From an uncultured Thermodesulfobacteriota bacterium (lineage in GTDB: Bacteria > Desulfobacterota > GWC2-55-46 > JADFVP01), in the NCBI GenBank assembly GCA_964407495.1, contig CAYOVP010000004.1, positions 329 to 64,328 on the forward strand: DNA of 64,000 bases. Direction: 5' to 3'. Every line of letters starts with the position of its first letter. Positions within the stretch are counted from its first letter, which is position 1. Under the pieces are notes generated by a model. It worked only from the letters and a program-made list of their open reading frames with translations, was not told where the DNA came from and ran no database searches. Shown here in pieces: positions 37,106 through 45,183 of this stretch. A program made the position numbers and the translations under genes.

Positions 37106-38480
37106 CGGTCTTCTCCGAGGCCCTGAGCGCCCTCAGGAGCACGAGTAGCCTCCTCTCCCTCGTGTTATCGAGGTAGTCGAGAAGAAAACAGAAGAAGATG
37201 CTCCCTGCGAGCCCTGCCAGCATGGCCACCACCGCATTTAGCCAGAGTTTGGGAAAAGAGGGCGAACCAGGGGGTGTCGCCTTCTCCACCATTACGGCGA
37301 CCTGCATGTTCCTCCTGGACTGGGCCTCTGCCTCCTGCAAGTTGGTCTCCAGGGTATCTATGAGTTTCTTGTACCTCTCAACCTTCTCCGAGAGGCTGGC
37401 GTAACGGGCCTGGATGGCGGGTATCCTATCCAACCTGAGCCCTATGTGAGAGATGGTCTCTCTGTCTGCCTTTATGGAGGCATTGAGGCGTTCCCTCTCT
37501 ATGTACAGGTTTATGAGTTGGCGCCTGAGTATCTCAAAAAAACTGTCAGGCGCCTTTATCTGGCTCTTGATTATCCTCTCCACCTCGTCCTTGATATTCT
37601 TCTGTATGGTAGCGTTCTTCTCGCGGAGCGACCTCATGTCCGGGTGCGCTTCCTTGAGTTCAACCTTGAGTTCCGATATCTTGGACTCTGTCTCAACGAG
37701 TTGGTCCTTGAGTTTGAGCAGTAGCGGGCTCATTACCGTGACGTCCGAGTCCTTGAGGAGGTTCTCTTCCTTGCCGAGTTCTTCCTCGGTGCTCGCTATC
37801 CTCTTCATTACACCCCGGAGCGAGATCTCTGATTTTTCGAGGTCAGACTCAAAGGATGTCTTGAGGGCAATGAGTTGGCGCGTCTCCTCTGCGAGGTTGG
37901 CCGTATCGTTCTTCTCCTGAAACTCGCTGAGCGCCTTCCTGGCCTTGCCGAGGGCCTCGCGGTTGGCCTTGAGTTCAAGTTCAATGGTCTTCTTGGTATG
38001 GCTCTGGGGGTTGTTGGAATAACCGCTCATTATCTGGTTGAAGTACTTTACGTAGGCATTGGCGATACTGGCGGCCTGGACAGGGTCGCGGTCGCGGACA
38101 TAGACCTGCAACATGTACTCGTTGGAGAGGACATAGTCCGTGTCCTTTTTCATGAGCGCGGTTATGCTCTTTGCGGGAAACTCCCTGTGGACCATCTCGG
38201 CTATGGTCTTGCTCTTCAATATACCTATGTAGGGGCCCTGCGCCTCCTCGTTGGTCTGGGGCGTGAGGAAGGTCCTGGCGCTCTTCTCCCCAGGAGGGGT
38301 GTAAAAGGTGACCGTGTCCGGTGCCTTTGGAACGAAGAAGACGGCCTTGGCCTCGTATACCGGCGGGATTATCTTCGAGAAGACGACGGCAGTGCCTATT
38401 GCCGCAAGGGTAATGAGAATGACCACCCACTTTCTCGAGTAGATGACGTACCAGTAGTAGAGTAGGCTCTTTTCAGTCAT
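37098..38480 (-). CDS. wzz: Polysaccharide co-polymerase (Wzz/GumC-like chain-length determinant) lacking a kinase domain
   Basis: N-terminal Wzz motif YSRKWVVILITLAAIGTAVVFSKIIPPVYEAKAVFFVP, a long coiled-coil periplasmic region and a second TM near the C-terminus. Confidence 0.7.
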   Translation of the reverse strand: MTEKSLLYYWYVIYSRKWVVILITLAAIGTAVVFSKIIPPVYEAKAVFFVPKAPDTVTFYTPPGEKSARTFLTPQTNEEAQGPYIGILKSKTIAEMVHREFPAKSITALMKKDTDYVLSNEYMLQVYVRDRDPVQAASIANAYVKYFNQIMSGYSNNPQSHTKKTIELELKANREALGKARKALSEFQEKNDTANLAEETRQLIALKTSFESDLEKSEISLRGVMKRIASTEEELGKEENLLKDSDVTVMSPLLLKLKDQLVETESKISELKVELKEAHPDMRSLREKNATIQKNIKDEVERIIKSQIKAPDSFFEILRRQLINLYIERERLNASIKADRETISHIGLRLDRIPAIQARYASLSEKVERYKKLIDTLETNLQEAEAQSRRNMQVAVMVEKATPPGSPSFPKLWLNAVVAMLAGLAGSIFFCFLLDYLDNTRERRLLVLLRALRASEKTDG

Positions 38481-40219
38481 TTTTTACTCTTCTTCCCGGC
38501 TTTCTTCTTCGAGAAACTCGCCCTCTCCACGAGGAGGTCGCCGAGGACCAAGTTCTCCACCTCTGTCCTCAGAAAACAAGATATGGCGTCTCGTGGGGTG
38601 CAGACAATGGGCTCCTGCACATTGAAGGAAGTATTAAGCAGGAGCGGTACTCCCGTCTTCTCGCCGAAGGCCCTTATGAGCCTCCAGTACCTGGGGTTGG
38701 TCTCCCTGCTGACGGTCTGTGGCCTGGCGGTTCCATCCACATGAGTCACGGCCGGTATCTTATCCTGCTGGCCCTCTCTGACCCTGAAGGCGAATATCAT
38801 GAAAGGCGATGGAAAGGGGTTCTCGAAGAACTTCGTACTCTCCTCTTCGAGCACCGAGGGGGCAAAGGGCCTGAAGGGCTCTCGTTGCTTGACCTTGACG
38901 TTTATGAGTTCCTTTATGTCCTTGCCCCTGGGGTCTGCAAGGAGGCTCCTGTTGCCGAGGGCGCGCGGACCCCATTCCATCCTGCCCTGGAACCAGCAGA
39001 CGAGTTCTTCCTTGGAGAGTGACTCGGCAAGAGTGTTGCAGAGTCTTTCCTCTGGGAGTTTTCTGAAAGGCAGATCAAAACTCTTGAGTGCGGCCTCGCA
39101 TTCCTTCTCGGAAAAAGCGGGCCCCAGGTAGGCGTCTTTCATGGTGTAGCGCCTCGGCAGGTGGCTGTACTGGTGGTAAAGGTAGAGGGCCGCCCCGAGA
39201 GACGTACCGTTGTCACCTGCTGCTGGCTGGATGAATATGTTCCTGAAAGGTGTGTTTTCGTGTATCTTGCCATTGGCGACGCAGTTCAGCGCAATGCCTC
39301 CGGCCATGCAGAGGTTCTCGGTGCCGGTCTTGTCGTGGAGGCGGTTGAGAAGGTGAAAAAGGACCTCCTCCACCACGACCTGTGCGCTCTTTGCTATGTC
39401 AAAGTGTCTCTTCGTAATTTCTTCATTGGGCATCCTGTTCTTCCCAAGGGCCCTTGTGGCCTCCTTGAGAAAGACACCCTGGCGCGCGAGGTGATAGCCG
39501 AGGAAATTCGCCCTTATCCTGAAGGTACCGTCTTTCTGAATACGCACCACCCGCTCCCTGAAGAGGTCGGCGTAAGTGGGCTCCCCGTAAGAGGCCATGC
39601 CCATTACCTTGTACTCATCGGCCTGGGGCCTGAAACCGAGAAAGGCCGTAACCGCGGCGTAGAACTGTCCGAGAGAGTGGGGAAGGCTCACTGTCTCCAA
39701 CTCTTCGAGGCCTGTGCCCTCTCCGGCCCAGAGGGCCGTTGTATTGCTCTCTCCCGCCCCATCGATGGTAAGGACGGCTGACCTCTCGAAGTTGGAAGGA
39801 TAAAAGGCGCTTACGGCATGGCAGAGGTGGTGGTCGAGATAATGGAACTTGAACCTGCCCTTACCGAAACTCTGCTCGATGAGGTGGCGCATGGTAAAGA
39901 GTTGGTACCACTCGTTGCCCATCTGCCCCATGCCGCGGTTGGCCTTTGCGCGAAAAGACTTCATGGAGGTGGTAAGGTCCTTGAGAACGTTGTATACCCT
40001 CCTCGACAGGACCCAGGGCTTCCACGAGACCCCTATGGCGTCGAGGTCTGTTATCTTTATGCCGGCGTCATCGAGACAGTAGCGTATGGCATTGGCCGGA
40101 AAACCGATATGGTGCTTCTTGCGAGTAAACCGCTCTTCCTCGGCGGCGGCTATCACCCTTCCGTCGGCCACGAGGGTGGCCGAGGCGTCGTGCATGTTAT
40201 TTATCCCGAGAATAAGCAA
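38477..40219 (-). CDS. Carbamoyltransferase (NodU/CmcH family)
   Basis: N-terminus MLILGINNMHDASATLVADGRVIAAAEEERFTRKKHHIGFP. 580 aa with the two-domain layout typical of NodU/CmcH O-carbamoyltransferases. Confidence 0.75.
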   Translation of the reverse strand: MLILGINNMHDASATLVADGRVIAAAEEERFTRKKHHIGFPANAIRYCLDDAGIKITDLDAIGVSWKPWVLSRRVYNVLKDLTTSMKSFRAKANRGMGQMGNEWYQLFTMRHLIEQSFGKGRFKFHYLDHHLCHAVSAFYPSNFERSAVLTIDGAGESNTTALWAGEGTGLEELETVSLPHSLGQFYAAVTAFLGFRPQADEYKVMGMASYGEPTYADLFRERVVRIQKDGTFRIRANFLGYHLARQGVFLKEATRALGKNRMPNEEITKRHFDIAKSAQVVVEEVLFHLLNRLHDKTGTENLCMAGGIALNCVANGKIHENTPFRNIFIQPAAGDNGTSLGAALYLYHQYSHLPRRYTMKDAYLGPAFSEKECEAALKSFDLPFRKLPEERLCNTLAESLSKEELVCWFQGRMEWGPRALGNRSLLADPRGKDIKELINVKVKQREPFRPFAPSVLEEESTKFFENPFPSPFMIFAFRVREGQQDKIPAVTHVDGTARPQTVSRETNPRYWRLIRAFGEKTGVPLLLNTSFNVQEPIVCTPRDAISCFLRTEVENLVLGDLLVERASFSKKKAGKKSKK

Positions 40220-40353
40220 GATTTCTTCCTTTCCTGCGCTTAATCGATACCTCGACTCCTGAAGACCCGGCAGGCCCGGAATACAGGGTCTGAGACCGGT
40301 CTGCGAAAGGCGCTGGAGGCAGGCGGCCCTCTGGTGCCAAACCCTGCTGTCTT

Positions 40354-41118
40354 CTACTGGCCGGTGCCTATTACGATAGTAGTGTTCTTCTTATTGTCCG
40401 AACCCGTGAGAACGCGTTCCACCTGGGGCTCAAGCGCTATGCCGTTCTCCAGGAGCACCACAGGGGCGAGGATGTCGTAGATGTAACGGAACTTGCGGCT
40501 GAGATCTGCGATGAGCATGGGCGGTACATATATGACATCGCCCTTCTGTATGACTACATTGGCCGAAAGGTCGCCTTTCTTGAGGGCCTTCTTGAGATCA
40601 AGTGTAACGGCATTCCTGCTCGACAGCCCCCCACGTATGAGGACCACGCTCGAGGGCTTGGCCTCCACGCGGAAACCACCAGCCATTGTAATGGCCTCGA
40701 GAACGGTAGTCGGGGACTGGAGGGCAAAGATCCCTGGCCGTTGGACCTCGCCGAGGACATATATCTTCTGGCTCCTTGCAGACTCTATGGAGACATCGAC
40801 CTGGGGGTCTACAAGGTACTTGGAGAGCCCCTTCACTATCTTGTCCCGCAGGGCAAAGACGCTGAGGCCCGTGACGTCTATCTTGCCAACGAGGGGAAAA
40901 GAGATGCTTCCGTTGGGGTCGACCTGGACCTTCTTGGTGAGTTCGTCATGACGCCAGACAAATACATCCACCACGTCTCCAGGGCCGAGTGTGAACTCGG
41001 AGACCGTGATCTTACTGGCCACGAACTCGGGCTCCTGAACCTTCTTCGCGCAACCCGGGAAGAGGATCACGAAGACAAGAAAAATAGGCAGGAGATAGCG
41101 GGGGGTTCTTTTCGACAT
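40354..41118 (-). CDS. wza: Wza/GumB-like polysaccharide export lipoprotein (Poly_export plus SLBB)
   Basis: Lipobox LFPGC, then a polysaccharide-export fold and SLBB-like region (VIQKGDVIYVPP). Confidence 0.65.
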   Translation of the reverse strand: MSKRTPRYLLPIFLVFVILFPGCAKKVQEPEFVASKITVSEFTLGPGDVVDVFVWRHDELTKKVQVDPNGSISFPLVGKIDVTGLSVFALRDKIVKGLSKYLVDPQVDVSIESARSQKIYVLGEVQRPGIFALQSPTTVLEAITMAGGFRVEAKPSSVVLIRGGLSSRNAVTLDLKKALKKGDLSANVVIQKGDVIYVPPMLIADLSRKFRYIYDILAPVVLLENGIALEPQVERVLTGSDNKKNTTIVIGTGQ

Positions 41119-41455
41119 AATGAGAGGGGGCCTCGGGGGATCGACCGGTACCGGCTCTTGGATTAAGGGTTTATTCTGAAGAGCAGGTTACTACAGGGTC
41201 TTGCAAGAGGTCATATGGCAAGGTCATAGCAGTGAATCGTCTCCATATGGTATCCTTTACAGGGCCATTCTGCCTTGGCCGAATGTTAGCAACTATGGTG
41301 AGATTTGTCAAGAATGCTTTGAGGGGGGTTGGGAGTCTCCTCGGCCTCAAAGGCCTCGCCAAGGTACGGAACGGTTCACACATACAAAGGCAGACGGGGA
41401 TGAGGGCCTGGCACACGGGGTCTGCGCCACAGAGGGCCCATATCTACAGGCCCCT

Positions 41456-43213
41456 TCACCTGGCCCCTATTTTCTTGAGGACCACCTTGATGGTCTTGAG
41501 CATTATCTTAAGGTCTCCTATAAGGGACTGCTCCTTCACATAAGCCACGTCATAGCGTATCCAGTCGTGAAAGTAGGGACTGCTCCTGCCCTCTACCTGC
41601 CAGAGCCCTGTTACGCCCGGCTTTACCCTGAGCCTTATGTCACGCCAACTGGGGCTGAACTTCATCTCGTCCATTACCAGGGGCCGGGGCCCAACGAGGC
41701 TCATGTCTCCCTTGATGACATTGAAGAGTTGTGGCAGTTCGTCAAGGCTCGTCTTTCTGAGAAAGGCGCCCACGCGGGTAATCCGCGGGTCTTTGTCCAG
41801 TTTGAAGACAGGCCCGTCCACGCTCTTTTTCTTTATGTATTTTTTCTGCAGTTTGTGTGCGTCCTTTATCATGGTGCGGAACTTGAGCATACCGAACTCG
41901 CGGCCATCCTTGCCACAGCGCCTCTGCCTGTAAATGACCCCTCCCGGGGAATCCAGTTTGACTATGATCGCTATGGCCAGCATGAGGGGGGAGAGGACAA
42001 GGAGCGCCACCGAGGAGAGAACAAGGTCCATAGCCCTCTTTGTCATGAGATAGGCCCTGGACTTTACGACCTCTATGCCGGATACAGTGACTCCCTTGAT
42101 CCCCTCCGAGGTATCACGAGAAGGCGCCGCGAGGTTCAGGTCGCCGTGTCTCATGTCGTCCACCAGGGCCTTGTTGTTGTAGGAGCGCCCTTCCCTTACC
42201 TCAGAGTCCGGGGTGGCCACGCAGTAAAAGAGGCTCGATCTCTTGGGGATCATCGTCCTCTCCCAGAGCACGCTCTCTCGTACAATGGCCCCTTCCTCCA
42301 CTACACAGCCTGCCCCGAGTATGACAGGGCCCACCAGTTGCGCGTGGTCCTTTACCACACAATCGTCCCCTATGACAGCGGGGCCGAGGAGATAGGACCT
42401 GGGGGATATGGCTACGTTCCGGCCCACCCAGATATTTGCCCCTACTTCCTTGAGCCCCCGGGGCACATGGCCGTTAAGTATGCGCGACCTGTGCAGGTTG
42501 TAATAATCGTCTACGTTCTCGATGGTCTGCACAAAGCCGTCGAGGGGTTGGATATAGACAGGAAGGGAGGCCTCCTTCATGGCCGGAAAGAGTTGTTCCT
42601 TTATGTCAAAATAGCCATCTCCCTCCACAAGAGAAAGGACCCTGGGGCTGATCACAAAGAGCCCCTCAGACTTCATGGCTGACCTTCTGTTGCGGGAGGC
42701 ATGAATGACGCTTATGTCGTCGACCAGCCCGTCTTCACGGACGGAGATGGTCTCGAGCGCACCCTCTCTTATCCTTGTTGCGCCTATGGTGAGTGCCGAG
42801 CGCTTCTTGAGATGAAATCTTAATATCTCGTCCAAGGCGTTGTACTCGGCGAAGGTATTGCACTGAACCACCAGGGCGTCCTCGTCCTCGAAAAAATCAG
42901 AGAGGTCCCGGAGAACTCCAGCCGTACCGCGCGGGACCTCTTCCTCGTAATACTCTATCCTTACGGGAAGACGGTGTCCGTTGGATGAGGAATCCGGCAT
43001 TACAACATCGTCGCCCTTACGCTTGACGACTACGACATCGGAGATACCGTTGTCAGAGAGGCACTGTATGGTATGGGAGATAAGCGGCCTGTTGAAGACA
43101 GGGAGCGAACATATGGAAGTGTTCTTTATGAGGGGAGTAAGTCGCTCGTGCTCACCAGTAGCGAGTATTACGGCACGCTTCACCCTGCCATTGATCTCGG
43201 TGTTGTTTATCAT
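41456..43213 (-). CDS. Fusion protein: N-terminal sugar-phosphate nucleotidyltransferase with a left-handed beta-helix, and a C-terminal Bac_transf phosphoglycosyl transferase (WbaP/WcaJ-type catalytic domain).
   Basis: N-terminus AVILATGEHERLTPL...GTAGVLRD and hexapeptide repeats. C-terminus KRAMDLVLSSVALLVLSPLMLAIAIIVKLDSPGGVIYRQRRCGKDGREFGMLKFRTM...DELPQLFNVIKGDMSLVGPRP (sugar-transferase signature). Confidence 0.75.
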   Translation of the reverse strand: MINNTEINGRVKRAVILATGEHERLTPLIKNTSICSLPVFNRPLISHTIQCLSDNGISDVVVVKRKGDDVVMPDSSSNGHRLPVRIEYYEEEVPRGTAGVLRDLSDFFEDEDALVVQCNTFAEYNALDEILRFHLKKRSALTIGATRIREGALETISVREDGLVDDISVIHASRNRRSAMKSEGLFVISPRVLSLVEGDGYFDIKEQLFPAMKEASLPVYIQPLDGFVQTIENVDDYYNLHRSRILNGHVPRGLKEVGANIWVGRNVAISPRSYLLGPAVIGDDCVVKDHAQLVGPVILGAGCVVEEGAIVRESVLWERTMIPKRSSLFYCVATPDSEVREGRSYNNKALVDDMRHGDLNLAAPSRDTSEGIKGVTVSGIEVVKSRAYLMTKRAMDLVLSSVALLVLSPLMLAIAIIVKLDSPGGVIYRQRRCGKDGREFGMLKFRTMIKDAHKLQKKYIKKKSVDGPVFKLDKDPRITRVGAFLRKTSLDELPQLFNVIKGDMSLVGPRPLVMDEMKFSPSWRDIRLRVKPGVTGLWQVEGRSSPYFHDWIRYDVAYVKEQSLIGDLKIMLKTIKVVLKKIGAR

Positions 43214-43421
43214 GGAGCCTTTCGCGCAACTATATCATGGGATGTGTCGAACTGATAAGAAACGGGGATTGTTTTTTACCCTGCATAAAGCGGAGAGCGA
43301 CCAAGCATAAAGGCCTGGCTTTTTGATTATGCAAGGTTCCAGTAGGGAGCCTTCTCAATCAGGGCCATGAGGCCAGCCGTGGCTGTCACACAATACAATA
43401 AAGCATGGGCCGGCTTTTGTC

Positions 43422-43452
43422 AATCCCCTTTTGGGGGGATTTTTGTTTTTTT
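43422..43452 (+). terminator. Plus-strand intrinsic-terminator-like element: stem AATCCCC/GGGGATT, loop TTTTGG, followed by TTTGTTTTTTT
   Basis: Canonical hairpin plus U-tract only in the plus orientation, although both flanking genes are on the minus strand. Confidence 0.35.
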
Positions 43453-43542
43453 CTGTCCTGAGATGGTGGTTGCAGGCCGGGTCAGAAGGTGCCGCGCCTC
43501 TGACCTCTCTGGCAGAGAAGGAGAAGTTTGGCGGACTGGCGC

Positions 43543-44151
43543 CTAATGGCTGTTCTCGAAGATCCTGCAGAGGAGGAGGGAACGGTTGTTGACCCCTATC
43601 TTCTGCATGAGGCTTCGTACGTGGTCCTTTACGGTATGCTCGCTTATGAAGAGAAGGCTGGATATGTCCCTGTTTGTCATGCCCCGGGCAAGGCCCTTGA
43701 GGACCTCGGTCTCGCGCTTCGTAAGGCCGAACCTGGAGCCTATCTTGTTGATGTCTGCCTTGACCCTCGTAGAGAACCTCTCCACCGTGACCATCAGGTG
43801 GGAGGGTTCCTTTTCTCTTGAAATCCTGTGTATGGGAATGGCCCTCATGAAGTATTCATTGCCCTGGAAGGTGATGTTCTTGTATATGAAGGGTTTTTTG
43901 TCCTCCCCCTTGGCCGCGAGACTCTGGAGGAGTTCGTCGCATAGTTCGTCCACGACCCCTGGTAGAGAGACCATCTGGCCGTCCGGAGGGTCAGGATTGC
44001 CGCCTTCTTCCTCCAGCATGGACTTAAGAAATATGCGCGCCTCTTCGTTCACATAGAGCAGTTCCTTGGAGGAATTGAGGATCATTACGCCTGCAAGGGC
44101 TCTTTTTTTTATTATATCACTGTACGCGTCCATCCCAGTCAAGGCATTCAC
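43543..44151 (-). CDS. LuxR-family transcriptional regulator with an uncharacterised N-terminal sensor domain
   Basis: C-terminal HTH LTKRETEVLKGLARGMTNRDISSLLFISEHTVKDHVRSLMQKIGVNNRS. 202 aa. Confidence 0.75.
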   Translation of the reverse strand: MNALTGMDAYSDIIKKRALAGVMILNSSKELLYVNEEARIFLKSMLEEEGGNPDPPDGQMVSLPGVVDELCDELLQSLAAKGEDKKPFIYKNITFQGNEYFMRAIPIHRISREKEPSHLMVTVERFSTRVKADINKIGSRFGLTKRETEVLKGLARGMTNRDISSLLFISEHTVKDHVRSLMQKIGVNNRSLLLCRIFENSH

Positions 44152-44231
44152 CCTCGAATCAGCCGGAATACGGAAGCGGGATGCCCCGCCTTTAAAAATT
44201 TATCTTATTCTCTCAGCGCACATCTTGTCAA

Positions 44232-44251
44232 GAAGTTCCAGTGAAGTTCCG
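44232..44251. promoter_or_regulatory. Direct repeat GAAGTTCC-N4-GAAGTTCC in the divergent luxR / methyltransferase intergenic region
   Basis: Two 8-bp copies with 12-bp periodicity, about 185 bp upstream of the plus-strand cluster start and about 80 bp upstream of luxR. Confidence 0.3.
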
Positions 44252-44436
44252 AGAAAGGAGACCAGGGGCCTCTGGCGCGACCGAGGGACAAAGAAGTAAT
44301 ATCCTTTTTATGTTGCCAACTGTACTCTGCCTCTTATATTATGGAAATTACGTATAAACAAGGCGCCGAGGCACCATGGCCGGGGCCCGGGCCCTTTGGC
44401 CGGCTTACATGAAAACTCACGAGGAGATAAGGGGAG

Positions 44437-45183
44437 ATGGGCCTATCAGAGACCAACAAGAGGATCTGGGACGATTTTGTCCCCGATTATGTAGACGAGC
44501 GCGTAGAGAAGGTCCTCGCCATGCTCCCATCGTCTCTCACGTCACCCTCTTACCTCGATATCGGTTGCTCCACAGGCGCGGCCACCATGCTCGTTGCAAG
44601 GCACCTTGGGGCCTCGGCTGTTCACGGCGTGGACCTCGTGCACACGGACGAGGCGCGCAGAAAAGGTGTCGATGCCCTATCTTACGACCTCAACGGCAGC
44701 GAGCCGCTACCCTTTGCCGACAAGTCCTTTGATCTTGTCACCTGCATGGAGACCCTCGAGCACGTACACGACACAGACTTCCTCCTCTCGGAGATACGCC
44801 GCGTCCTTACTGACAACGGCACGGCCATTGTGGACATACCCAGGCTCGACTCCATGATGAACGTCCTCCTCCTTCTCTTCGGCTTTCAGCCTCCTGGGGT
44901 CGAGTGCTCGGCCAGGAAGCGATACGGCGCCATAAACGAGGGCAGTATCCTTACGGGCCATGTCTCCTACTTCACGAAGAGGGCGTTCATGGAGATCCTC
45001 GGGGCCAATGGCTTCGATATCGTTGAATTCGCCCAGAGCGGCCAGAAGAGCGACTGGGAGGCCGTGCAGGCAAAACTCGGCAGGAGGCCCTCTCTGGTGC
45101 CAAGGCTCCTCTGGACCCTATATGACATCTTCCCCTTCAAGAAAGACTACATGATAGCGAAGATAGGGAAAAAGGCCGCATGA
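44437..45183 (+). CDS. Class I SAM-dependent methyltransferase
   Basis: Motif I YLDIGCSTGAATMLVA and post-I acidic residue. 248 aa. Confidence 0.7.
   Translation: MGLSETNKRIWDDFVPDYVDERVEKVLAMLPSSLTSPSYLDIGCSTGAATMLVARHLGASAVHGVDLVHTDEARRKGVDALSYDLNGSEPLPFADKSFDLVTCMETLEHVHDTDFLLSEIRRVLTDNGTAIVDIPRLDSMMNVLLLLFGFQPPGVECSARKRYGAINEGSILTGHVSYFTKRAFMEILGANGFDIVEFAQSGQKSDWEAVQAKLGRRPSLVPRLLWTLYDIFPFKKDYMIAKIGKKAA

Noticed and set aside
41201-42682. 493-aa plus-strand ORF
   Set aside because: Antisense to the nucleotidyltransferase/PGT fusion gene. No domains.
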